Below are positions 24,591 to 36,401 of a DNA stretch of 64,000 bases, piece after piece; position 1 is the stretch's first letter, and every line of letters starts with the position of its first letter. Both the position numbers and the translations under genes were made by a program. The DNA is taken from positions 144,522,001 through 144,586,000 of the forward strand of contig OX597817.1 in assembly GCA_951406725.2 (NCBI GenBank). The letters are read 5' to 3'. This stretch comes from Octopus vulgaris (Eukaryota). The notes under the pieces are model-generated. The model saw only the letters and a list, made by a program, of their open reading frames with translations, searched no databases and was not told the origin of the DNA.

Positions 24591-25625
24591 ATGTGACATT
24601 GCTGTTTGTGAACATGCATCATGCAATCCTCCCTTTATTTGTTGAAAGAGACCTTTGGTTGCCAACAGAGGCAAGAGCTCTCTGAATTTTCACCATCCTC
24701 TTATTATTATTGCAATTATACATCTTGTACATCTTCCCCCACTGCTAATTAGAACCCTAAGGTAGCAGAAATTGTGCACTACCTCAAAAGTTGGGACATT
24801 TGAGGAAATCAATTCCTTAAGTATCTGTAGTTTTTATGGCATCTGTGCATCTTCCACATACAAACACTATTTTTTTCTGATAACCTTCTCATTATTCCAC
24901 TGCACCTTTTGTCTGTCTATAGCTTGCCCTGAGTACACCATATGGAATTCCCGCCTACACCTTTCCTACATATCATGCAGGGCCATTTATCTGATGGAGG
25001 TAAGGTCCTGTTTGTTTCCTTACTTACGAAACCCTTAGTCTTTGCTAATTTAGTCTTAAGGCCTTTTAGTTCCAGGTTTTGCTTCCTATGGCTGGAATTT
25101 CTTTTCTAGTTCTGTTACAGAATCTGCTATGAGAGCAAGAACATCAGCATATAGCAGTTCCCAGTGGTTGCCAGCCTTGAATTCCTGTTATGGCCTAGAG
25201 GGCAATGATGAACAGGAGGGTACTGAGAATCGAACCTTGATGAACGTCTACCTGTACACTAAATTCATCACTGTACTCATGGTTAACTCTCACCTTACTA
25301 ACAAAACTTCTATACATGGCTTGTATGACTTTCACAAACCATTCATCTACCCATAGCTTCCTTAGAGCCCACCATATTCCCAGTGGAGTACTCTGTCAAA
25401 GGCTTTCTCCAAGACAACAAATGCCAAGTACAATGGTTTATTCTTAGCCAACTTCTCCTGGAGTTGCCTGATGGTAGTGTTGGTAGTGCTTCTCCCCAGT
25501 ACAAAGCCAAACAACATTTCGTCAAATCTGATTCTGCTCCTAATTAACTGGGTTAAAGCACTTGCCATAACTTTTCATGACCTGATCCAACAACTTGATG
25601 CCTCTGTAATTACTTCTATCTAAGG

Positions 25626-25884
25626 CAGTAATTCCCAAAGTGTGCAGTACTGCCCCCTTGGTGCGGTGGAAAGATCGAGGGGGCATTGAAGAAAAGTGGG
25701 GTGATAATAGGGTGGCCAAAATGGGGTGATGTAAAAAAATATATTACTAGGTTAAGTTTTATCTGTGAAATACAGTTGTTTTAAATTTGCTGCAGGAAGT
25801 GGTTTATATTTGTGATGGGGAGGGGGGAGGGGCACTAGGAATGTGCCAAGGGAGCGGCAGCCTGAAACTGATTGGGAACTACTG
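25626..25884. mobile_element. Non-autonomous hAT (Charlie-like) element inserted in the RTE
   Basis: TIRs CAGTAATTCCCAA / TTGGGAACTACTG and 8-bp TSD ATCTAAGG / ACCTAAGG. Removing it restores the RTE motif DALxRSNYRG. Confidence 0.88.
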
Positions 25885-26387
25885 ACCTAAGGCATCTCTC
25901 TTACCTTTGTAGTAGCTGACTATAATGCTTCTACACAGTCATTGAGGATGACACCTTCCTGAATAACTTGATTAACTGCATGTGTCACTAGGCCATATCC
26001 TACTCTGCCAGCTGTATTATCAGCATCTCAGGGGTAATCCCCAATTGACCAGAAGTTTTCCCTGTCTTCATATCCTTAATTTCCTTACCTGTAGTACTGC
26101 AGTCAACACAAATAGCTGGTTCCTCTATTGGGTTCACACAGGAGAGATTCCCTTTTTCCCATTCATTCTCCACATCTTATAGCCTTTTCACTGAGTGCAA
26201 GCCTACCATTGCCCATTCGCACACACTTCTCTCCTACATCTTGATTCTCTCTGATGCATTGTTTTGCTATCTGGAACCCCTTAAATCTCTGATCTTCATG
26301 CTGTAGTACACTGGCAAATCTCTCTTTTCTGCTTCTGTCTTTGAAAGATAAATGTGTCACTTCGCATCCTTCTGGGCTACCTGATAT

Positions 26388-26686
26388 TGTTCCTTCTTGA
26401 GTCACGTCTGGCTCATAAGGGCTGGTTTCCTGGTTTCATTGGCATATAGGTTCCCCACCTGGATGGGACATCGGTCCGTTGTAGGTGAGCTGCAAAATGC
26501 AGGAGGAAAGAGTGAGAGAAAGTTGTGGTGAAAGTTGTGTGTGAAGTTCATCATTACCTTCTGCTGGAGCCGCGTGGAGCTTAGGTGTTTTGCTCATAAA
26601 CACACACATCACCCGGTCTGAGATTCAAACCCGCGATCTCTTGACCGTGAGTCCACTGCTCTAACCAGAAGGCCATGTGCCTCCAC
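26388..26686 (-). mobile_element. SINE family C nested in the RTE
   Basis: Family match with TSD CTACCTGATAT (26377-26387 / 26687-26697). Confidence 0.9.
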
Positions 26687-27555
26687 CTACCTGATATAGC
26701 TCTTTGCTACTGCCATTTCTCCAATCTTTCCAAGCCTGTCTCTTCACTTTTATGATCCTATTTACCTCACTGTTCCAGCACCAAGTAACTCTCTGTCTGG
26801 CAGAGACTTTACCCCAATCACTGATTTGGTATGCAGCCTTCAGAAGAAGGTTGTCCCATAAGAACTTCCAATTGTCCTCTTCATTATACATCACAGCCTC
26901 CCACTCTTTCTCATCAAATGCTTCACTCACTGGATCTTAGAGCTTTCATAATTTTATTTTTGAAATTGGTTTGCATCTCTGTGTCCATCCAGGCCTAGTC
27001 TGAAGTTGTTATCCACTTACTTAATATTGAGTTGTACATGCCTGTGGGAAAGGATTTTTGTATTTATAAGCATCTGTCTATCCCTGTTTCTGGTGAGAAT
27101 GTAGTCTGTCTGGCTTGACCAAACTGATAAGTAATAAGATGGTTGGCTGGTTTCCTAAAGTCAGTGTTGCAGACCAGTAAGCCATTTGCATCACGGAACT
27201 CCAGGAGCCTCATTTATTCTATGGCTGGGTTCCAACCTGGGCCACAGCAACAAAGTCCACCCACCACAATCTTCGGTCCAACTTGATAATCCTATCACAC
27301 TCCGACTATCTCAATCACCTTATCTATAATAATATTGTATACGACTTGAGATGTTTGCCTTGCCTTAATGTTTGCTGTCCTGTTTAATAGTTATATATCC
27401 GCTGCATCAGGAATCTAATCTGCAATGGCTCCATAACTGCCACCTCGGCTATAACTTTGGAGCCTTGTAATCTGGTACAGCACTTACTAGTATACGTAAT
27501 CGTTTAGATCATTTGTGAACTAAACCCCCATACTTTGTGTGTGTATGTATGTATG

Positions 27556-27882
27556 TATGATCCTATTTACCTCACTGTTCCATCACCAAGTAACTCTCCG
27601 TCTGGCAGAGACTTTACCCCAATCACTGATTTGGTCTGCAGCCTTCAGAAGAAGGTTGTCCCATAAGAACTTCCAATTGTCCTCTTCATTATACATCACA
27701 GCCTCCCACTCTTTCTCATCAAATGCTTCACTCACTGGATCTTAGAGCTTTCATAATTTCCTTTTTGAAATTGGTTTGCATCTCTGTGTCCATCCAGGCC
27801 TAGTCTGAAGTTGTTATCCACTTACTTAATATTGAGTTGTACATGCCTGTGGGAAAGGATTTTTGTATTTATAAGCATCTGT
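27556..27882 (+). repeat. 327-bp direct duplicate of 26751-27077
   Basis: Base-by-base match with about 5 differences. Confidence 0.92.
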
Positions 27883-27955
27883 ATATATTTGTGATGGGGA
27901 GGGGGGGGGCACTAGGAATGTGCCAAGGGAGCGGCAGCCTGAAATTTCCCACATA

Positions 27956-28870
27956 TCTACTACATATGTGGGAAATTCTGTCTGTGGGTGTGTTTGTGGA
28001 GTTGTTAGCTAACTCTTCCTACATTGTTTTATTGATTTTGATGAAACTTGACATGTGAGTAGAACTCATGTCTGGAAACCTCATGGCATACTCAGATTGT
28101 TGAAAACATTGATAATAGGGCCCCTGGAAGGGATCCTTATATATACCTAATATATTTTATTTTAAAACTCAAGGGAAATAACCCATTCACCCCTAGAAAA
28201 AATCCTTATATATAGCCAAGAAAAATAACCTATTCATTTTCCTTAATTATTTGGTAAAAATGAAATTGAGTATGTTTATTTCTTAGTTTTGAACTGTTAG
28301 AGTTATTTTTGCAATTTATCCAGTGCAACCCTTAAACAAGTAATTAGTATTTTCCTAAACAGTAGATCCACTTATTTCGGTTAGTGACTTATTTATGAAT
28401 ATATCAACACAAGCACCCCTGAGGGTAATATTCTCTGGGAATTCACAAAAGTCCTTTTCAGAGTTATTTACTTTGAATTGCTATTATCTTTTATCTGATT
28501 AGCCTGTTATTATGTAACATGCTTCACAATTTTAGTATACGTGCCTTATTAGTATTTCCTCCTATGTTGTATCTACTCTGGGAATGCATTAAAGCCCTTT
28601 TCGGGACTACATTATTTGAATTCTTACTATTGAGTAACTAATTTCATGTTTTTACATAACTGACTTTAAAATTTGGGTATTCCTAACTTATTGGGAATTC
28701 CTAAAAACAATATCCTGTGTAAGACAGTTTAGTATTCTCTGTAAATGCACAAAAACTGTTTTAAGGGCTACATACTTTGTATTGTGGCTATTGGATTAGC
28801 AAAACAATTATGAGAATGGAACCAAAGGAAAAGCCCTGCTTTCCCAGGAATTACTGGGTACGTCAGCTAT
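27956..28870 (+). mobile_element. Non-autonomous Helitron (older)
   Basis: A|TCTACTACATAT 5' end, GATTTTGATGAAACTTG motif, 3' hairpin CCCAGGAATTACTGGG, then degenerate CTAT. Confidence 0.6.
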
Positions 28871-28871
28871 A

Positions 28872-28935
<64 letters not shown>

Positions 28936-29048
28936 TCATCATCATCGTTTAACGTCCGCTTTCCATGCTAGCATGGGTTGGACGGTTCAACTGGGGTCTG
29001 GCAAGCCCGAAGGATGCACCAGGCCAGTCAGATCTGGCAGTGTTTCTA

Positions 29049-29103
<55 letters not shown>

Positions 29104-29866
29104 TACATATATAGGAGTGGCTTAATAGGTGCAGGGGTGGTTGTGTGGTAAGAAGCTTGCTTCCCAACCACATGGTTCTGGATTCAGTACTTTGGGTTGG
29201 TGTCTTCTACTATAGCCTTGGGCTGACCAAAGCCTTGTGAGTAGATTTGCTTGACAGAAACTGAAAGAAGCCCATCGTATATGCATATATGTATGTATAA
29301 GTATGTGTGTATGTATGTATGTATAAGTGTGTGTGTGTGTGTGAGTGACTTTGTGTCTGTGTTTGTCCCCCACCACTACTCGACAAGTGATGTTGGTTTG
29401 TTTACGTCCCTGTAACTTAGTGGTTTGGCAAACAAAAAGACAATAAAGTTCCAGGTAAATAAAATAAGTAGTAGTGGTGATGGTGGTGGTGCTAGCGTTG
29501 GTGCTAGTAGTAGTCATGATAGTAGTAGTAGTGATGATGGTGGTAGTGATTGTTGTGGTGGTGGTGGTAGTGTCAGTGGCTGTAGTGATAGATTCATTCT
29601 TCAAGGTCGTGCCCCAGCATGGCCGCAATCTAATGCCTGAAACAAGCAAAAAACAAAAGATGGGAAAACCCATTCAAGGGTTTATTTTCCCCCTTTAGTC
29701 TTTATTCCTGAAATAATAGAATTTCAGGAAGGTTTTCTGTAATAATCATTTGTCCTGTCCCAGGTGGTCAGACTATTTTTTAAAACTGCCTTATTTGTAT
29801 CTAGCAAGGAGAATTCTCCTCCCACCACCATCACCACCACAAGTATTTACACCCCTCCCCCATTAC

Positions 29867-30600
29867 CGGTACTTTTTGGCTATCTCACTCCCATTAAAAA
29901 ATTGGGTTATCTCTCCCAACTACAAAAATTGTTTAACCCTTAATAAAACAAAAGAAAAAATGAAAAAAATTAATAAACATTGCACAGGAGTGACTGTGTG
30001 ATAAGTAGCTTGCTTACCAACCACATGGTTCCATGTTCAGTCCCACTGCATGGTACCTTGGGCAAGTGTCTTCCACTGTATCTTCGGGCTGACCAAGGCC
30101 TTGTGAGTGGATTTGGTTGACGGAAACTGAAAGATGCCCGTCGTATATATGTCTGTCTGTGTGTGTATGTGTGTATGTGTGTGTGTGATTGTATGTCTGT
30201 GTTGTCCCTACAACATCGCTTGACAACCCCATAACTTAGCAGTTTGGCAAAAGACAACGATAAAATAAATACTAAGCTTACAAAGGATAAGTTCTGGGGC
30301 CGATTTGCTCAACTTAAGGTGGTGCTCCAGCATGGTCACAGTCAAATGAGGGAAACAAATAAAAGAAAAAAAAGAGGAAAGATTAAAGATCTTATTGAAT
30401 CTTATAACATTTTTATAACAAACCATACCATTCCTAATGAGGAGGTCAAAGGTCAACAATGTATTGAAGTATTGAATCAAAAGGATCGAACCCTTTTAAT
30501 TTAATCCCTTGTCGCCACATAATCTCAACTTTTTAGTGGGGAGATAACCCAATTATTTAATGGCAATTTTTTAATAGGGGTGAGATAACCAAAAACCACC
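29867..30600. mobile_element. MITE/foldback with roughly 55-65-bp TIRs, containing a nested SINE (29982-30365)
   Basis: TTTTTGGCTATCTCACTCCCATTAAAAAATTGGGTTATCTC is mirrored by GAGATAACCCAATT...TTTTTTAATAGGGGTGAGATAACCAAAAA. Confidence 0.6.
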
Positions 30601-30775
30601 CATCACCCTATAATATTTATTTCTTTATTGCCCACAGGGGGCTAAAACATAGAGGGGTCAAATAAGGACAGACAAAGAGATTAAGGCGATTATATCAACC
30701 CTAGTGTGTAACTGGTACTTATTTAATCGAAAGGCAAAGTCGATATCGGCGGAATATCACCCTATAAAAGTGAAA

Positions 30776-31314
30776 GGCGGCCAGCTGGCAGAATCGTTAG
30801 CATGCCGGGCGAAATGCTTAGCGATATTTTGTTTGCCCCTACGTTCTGAGTTCAAATTCCGCCGAGGTCAACTTTGCCTTTCATCCTTTCAGGGTCGATT
30901 AAATAAGTACCAGTTACGCACTGGGGTTGATATAATCGACTTAATCCATTTGTCTATCCCTGTTTGTCCTCTCTGTGTTTGGCCCCCTGTGGGTAGTAAA
31001 GAAATAGGTATTTTGTCTGCCGCTACGTTCTGAGTTCAAATTCCACCGTGGTCAACTTTGCCTTTCATCCTTTCAGGGTCGATGTAATAGACTTAATCCG
31101 TTTGTCTGTCCTTGATTGTCTCCTCTGTGTTTAGCCCCCTGTGGGCATCATCATGTCGTTACGTTCTGAGTTCAAATTCCGCTGAGGTCGACTTTGCCTT
31201 TCATCCTTACAGGGTCGATAAATCAAGTACCAGTTGCGTACTGAAGTCGATCTAATCGACTGGTCCCCTCCCCTCAAATTTCGGGCCTTGTGCATAGAGT
31301 AGAAAAGAATATTA
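30776..31314 (+). mobile_element. SINE family B trimer
   Basis: Three repeats of ACGTTCTGAGTTCAAATTCC...GCCTTTCATCCTT. The last unit has the alternative tail. Confidence 0.88.
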
Positions 31315-31980
31315 TTCAACGGACTTCTGTTCATTTCAGGCGCCAAACAGCCAGTGACCTGTTACGAACTCATAATTTCTTAGCTGGACTAGCTGGCTGC
31401 CTGTCAGCCAATCCACTGAGCTAATGTGACCCCCACCATCGTCATTATCCCCCGCCGCCTCAGTACAAAATAGCACAAAGGTTAAAGGAGGAACAGTGAC
31501 AAGATTCTTTCACGGAATTTATTGTCATAACCAAACATTTCTCATAAAAGTCAGTTTTACTTTTTATTGTCCCGTTTTAAGATTAATAAAATAAGTAGTA
31601 GGGATGGTAGTAGTGGTGGTGGTGCTAGTAGCAGTCATAACAGTAGTTGTTGTTGTTGTTGTGGTGGTGGTGGTGGTAGTGACAGTGAAGGTAGTGATAG
31701 TAGTAGGAGTTGTAGTGGTAGTGGTGGTGGTGGAAGTAGTATAAGTAAGAGTGAGGTACCCTGGTGGTGGTGGTGGTGGCAATGAAAGTTGTCGTCGTAG
31801 TAGTGGTAAACACCAGAGTTTTATTAATTTGATTAAAATGATCAAATATTGTTACGTCAAAGGTACCCATCCTGGGGTACCGTGCCTACACTTCCTAGGA
31901 GTGCAAGATAGCATTTCATGTGAATGTTACGAAGTAACATTTATAAAAATCGTTTTTCAGGTTAAAATTATTTTTTTTTG

Positions 31981-32352
31981 GAAGCACTCCGTCAGTTACG
32001 ACGACGAGGGTTCCGGTTGATCCGAATCAACGAAACAGCCTGCTCGTGAAATTAACATGTAAGTGGCTGAGCACTCCACAGACACGTGTACCCTTAACGT
32101 AGTTCTCGGGGATATTCAGCGTGACACAGAGAGTGACAAGGCCGGCCCTTTGAAATACAGGTACAACAGAAACAGGAAGTAAGAGTGAGAGAAAGTTGTG
32201 GTGAAAGAGTACAGCACCACCACCATCCCCTGCTGGAACCTCGTGGAGCTTTTAGGTGTTTTCGCTCAATAAACACTCACAACTGGGAATCGAAACCGCG
32301 ATCCTATGACCGCGAGTCCGCTGCCCTAACCATTGGGCCATTGCGCCTCCAC
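31981..32352 (-). mobile_element. tRNA-derived SINE sharing its head with family C but with a different 3' half
   Basis: Head GTGGAGGCGCAATGGCCCAATGG...GGTTTCGATTCC. The 3' module is shared with about 1165-1475 and 45640-45740. Confidence 0.82.
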
Positions 32353-32856
32353 TAAAATTATTAACTCTTAAAAAATAGATTTGTTCAGTCAGGTACACCA
32401 AGAATTTTATTATTCTATAGTACTGAATAAGGTACAATAAAAAAAATATATTAATTAGTCACTAGAAAATTGATTCTTTTTTTGTTTACCTTCAGATGTA
32501 ATATGACTTTTGTAGAAGTGTGAAAATTAATCAAAGTTCTCTTAAAAAGTTGTAGAAAGAGGAAAAGGTTGGAAGAAACTGCTCTCGTTTGTAGAGCAGT
32601 CTGCTAGAAATAGCAGTCATATCTCCGTCAGATCTTACCCCCCACTGTCTCAAGAAATGAAAGCCACATTGGATAGTTACAGTTCATTCCTGTAACTTTT
32701 CGTTAATATATTCTTTAATCTCGGTTGGGAATATTGCTTTGAAGATTGTGGGAATATATTCATAGTTTAAAGCAAACTGGGTCCGTCCTTTTTTAGCGCT
32801 TAAACCGAAAGGACTAAAAGCAAAAATAATTTTTCTCACTGTTATACAAAGCTTCA

Positions 32857-32857
<1 letters not shown>

Positions 32858-32887
<30 letters not shown>

Positions 32888-33345
32888 TGTATGTATGTAT
32901 GTATGTATGTATGTATGTATGTATGTATGTATGTATGTATGTGTGTGTGTGTGTGTGTCTGTGTATGTGTGTATGTATGTATGTACATATGTGTGTGTAT
33001 ATGTACTGGGCCCAACGAGTTAGGTTTTTGTAAGAAGCTTACGAAATCGCATGCGGCCAAACCAAACTGTTTTAAATAATATATACATATACACATACAT
33101 ACATAAATACAAGTATGTATGTATGTATATTGCATGTGTGTATGTATGCATGTATCTATGTGTGCATTTATGTATTAATATATGTATGCATTTATATTGT
33201 ACGTATGTATGTATTAATATATAATAATAATAATAATAATTATAAATAATGAAATTATTGTATACAGTGCTCAGGTGCACCACAACTTATATATATTGTA
33301 TGTATGTATGTATGTATGCATGCATATATGTATGTACATATGTAT
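32858..33345. repeat. (TATG)n / (TG)n microsatellite cluster
   Basis: Directly visible. Confidence 0.9.
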
Positions 33346-34429
33346 TAAAGAATTAAATGAATGTAAACTTATAAAAAAAATTTGCTTGAATAAACTAAGA
33401 AATATCTTAACTTGTCTGCTTTTCATACAAGTTTCCTTTATTCAATAATTTTACACCTGACGGAAACCGAATAAGAAAAAGGAGAAATATGTTTCCTATT
33501 TGACCTACTTTGGCGACATTGTTATTTGTGAAGGTATTTTGTTGTTGTGACAGTGAATGAAAGGTGTGTGGTGATGAGACATAGAATAAAGGAAAATCTA
33601 TTCTTAGCTTTCATTTATAAACTACACATTACTGTTACAACCACAGCAGTAGTGTATGAATAGATCAGTTGAAATACCAGGGAAAAAAATAAATTAATTA
33701 AGGGTTACATTGGAAAGCTAGAGTTGGAAGGTGTTTATCAAAGGTCATCCTGTGCAAATAGTTTTTTTAGAGCCTAACTTGATGCACTTTTCAATAATGA
33801 TCAAGGTAAAGATTGTTACAGAACCTCGTGTAATTATCTCCCTTAGACACAGTGCGTGAATGTTAGAGGCGAAGGTGAGACGGGGGATGGTGGATGTCGG
33901 TTCGATAACGACTTAGTGTACAAACCATACACAAGTACTGACTGTTGATTTTTGACATCATTAACTCAGCGGGAAGGTAACTGCTTACATTGAAACGTAT
34001 ATTATTGTGTGTGTGTGAGTGATACACCTGGACTCCCAATAAACTTATTTTATTTATTTCTTTATGAATAAAAGTATGATTTTTCTTTCGTTTTACAAAG
34101 TTCAACTCTGTTTAAAATATCCTAATAAATAGAGCCATTTTTTTTTTTACACGGTTTAAACTTACGAGAAGTTTATTCTCTCTCTTTCATTATTTTTTGC
34201 AAGCTAATTATAAAAATATTACACACCTATAAAATACGTTGAATGCAAAATTAAGTTTTTTTAGAATACTGACGTTGGTATTGATTAAAAATGATAATCA
34301 CATCCACTTTTGAAAAACTGCTACAAATATATAAGCTACAAGTAAAGGTATTTTACATTCAGGTAAAAATGTATTACTCAGAAAGACGGTCAGCCTTTGT
34401 AGTATTATTATTTTATTATTATTATTTTT

Positions 34430-35300
34430 TTTCCTCATCAGCACGGACGGGTACCTGGCAGCACGCATGCGTACGGAAAGATTGTCAATGGCGAAGATTT
34501 GAATCAGTGGCCTTCGACGCTGTTGTCGTCTAATTCGATGAGTTCTCCTTGTCGTCGGCGACACCCGTTGTCACATTAGGGCAAGAAGGAAACAGAAATG
34601 GACAAGGCGACTCTGTATGCTAGCGAGTCCGCAGCTGGCGTATCTTCCTATTGGTATCGTTTCCGACTTCTTTTCTTTTCTTGAAGTGACGTCTTTTATT
34701 TCAAAGTGGGAAGTCAATGTGTGCTGCGCTCCACAAAACCCCCAAATGATAGAAACACAAGCCACGAAAAAACAAAGCCTTCTCCACCACCACCGCCGCC
34801 GCACTCTATCTCGGGTGCCTTTCCTTTATACTTTCGCATCTGCGAGGAGGTGTCATCATCACAATGCCAAGCTACAATTTGATAACAACCGTCACTTGGA
34901 ACTAGTAGTTGCTGCCAAGACATGTGGATTATTATTACCTTTGCTGGTACAGGAGCATCATAAGTACCATCATCACAACCGCTGCAAGTCGCCCGACTAA
35001 CCTCGCATTCTATCCGATCTCTCCCTCTCTCTCTCTCTTTAGCTACCTGGGCTCTTATTGTCGCCTTCCATCGGTGACCACTGTCGTTTCGTCAATAGCT
35101 ACTGGCTCTCGGTCTGCTGTAAACTAGAGTAGGAGAGACTATTATAATATTTTCTGTTATCGGAAACCTTGTGTTGTTGTTTTGTCGAGTGAATGTCATT
35201 GCGAGACGGGCACCTGACTGTTTACCGTCAATGAACATACGTCGCCTCCGCTCTGTAATGTTTAAACATCTCTATCACCCAAACGACACTTGTCTATCTT
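34430..35300. promoter_or_regulatory. CpG-enriched, repeat-free putative promoter / 5' leader of the MAGI gene
   Basis: Clear local rise in CpG and GC 0.6-1.5 kb upstream of the ATG. Reverse CCAAT (ATTGG about 34650) and CRE-like TGACGTC at 34687-34693. No SINEs present. Confidence 0.6.
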
Positions 35301-35944
35301 CACACTGCTTTCTAAATTAACCAGGATAAATAATCTAAACATTACTACGAAAAATGTCGAATTAGCCGTGTCTTTGTTATCTTTATTAGACTGCTGCTAT
35401 GAAAGAAGGTCTGCAACAATTATTTCTTGCTAGCTTCTCTCCTCTCTACATACATTATTTATTTTACTACACATGTATACAGTAAACATATTTACTGATA
35501 CACTTTACATATATCTATTTATAACCTCTGTTTTCCTCAGCTTTTACTTTCTCTCTTCTACTTCCTTTTATGTTTTCGTTGCTGCAAGTTTTCAAAAGTA
35601 TTTCCTAACAACTTACTGCAAAAGGTTATTAGTCGACGACACCTGACCGGGGGAGTTGTCACTGTTTTCCTCGCCGACAGCTTCTTGCTTTTTTTCCCTC
35701 CCTATTTTTTTCTTTCTTTCTAAACACTAAAACACAACACAACACAATACAAGGATATCTGTTTTATTTGATTTTTTATATATATTTTATTTTGCTTTCT
35801 ACATTTTCGATGAACGAGCCTGAAGGAAATCTATTAACCGTCATTTGGATCTATACGACTCAATGCTGGAAATATTACCTACTGCGCTTTTGGGTCTTTC
35901 TTCCTTCTTTATTTCATTGTTGATATTGATATTTGGCAGATAAC

Positions 35945-36401
35945 ATGCATAAAAACAGACAGTCGTCCGGTGGTTCTTCCTCGTCGGCATCTATGCCTAT
36001 GCCATCGTCACAACTGTCTCATCATCCACAGCAACCACAGAACAAAGCCCTGCCGCCTCCCATCAACAATAAGTTGCTGCCTCCACCTATAAAAAAAGAT
36101 GTCAAACACTGGAGCAGAAGACTCCAGGAGACAGTCGTATCCATCCCTTCTGATGGTGGCGGCGGACAGGGTTCGTCGATTACCATTAAGGGCGGTGCTG
36201 ATACGGGCTTCTTCTGTTATGTTGGAGATGTCCGCCACGACGAAGTAAAATATCATTCCGGTGGGAAACTACATTCTGATGATCTAATCTTGGAGATCCA
36301 AGGACAGAAAGTATCGGGATATACATTAAGAGATGTTAACATCTGGCTGAAGCAAGTCAGTCAGAATGGAGCTCCTGTACTCATTAAAACTTTACGTTCA
36401 G
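35945..36401 (+). CDS. MAGI: First coding exon of MAGI (membrane-associated guanylate kinase, inverted) family gene; S/P/Q-rich N-terminus plus PDZ0 domain
   Basis: The translation KKDVKHWSRRLQETVVS...ITIKGGADTGFFCYVG...DDLILEIQGQKVSGYTLRDV aligns from recall with the vertebrate MAGI1/2/3 N-terminus (KKNHWTSRVHECTV...GGAEHGEFPYVG...[20 protein letters not shown]). The exon ends TCAG|GTAAGT, a consensus donor in phase 1. ATG 35945 is the first ATG of the frame. Confidence 0.92.

Larger units (their letters stand above)
24700..27235 (-). mobile_element. Degenerate RTE-clade LINE (endonuclease end plus RT) with nested insertions
   Basis: Minus-strand peptides KRDALxRSNYRGIKLLDQVMK, FGFVLGRSTT...RQLQEK...LYLAFVVLEKAFDRV, WELLYAD and VTWCWNSEVNRIIKVKRQAWKDW, with many frameshifts. 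Confidence 0.88.

Noticed and set aside
27236-27535. Possible solo LTR between the RTE and the duplicated block
   Set aside because: No clear TG...CA boundaries with a TSD could be established.
34298-35127. Several 70-127-aa ORFs in the CpG-rich region
   Set aside because: No recognisable domain and mostly non-ATG starts. Elevated GC explains the open frames.
35933-35944. ORF-track start at TTG 35933 and stop at 36412
   Set aside because: In a eukaryotic gene the first ATG is 35945, and the frame is left at the GT donor at 36402 before the stop.
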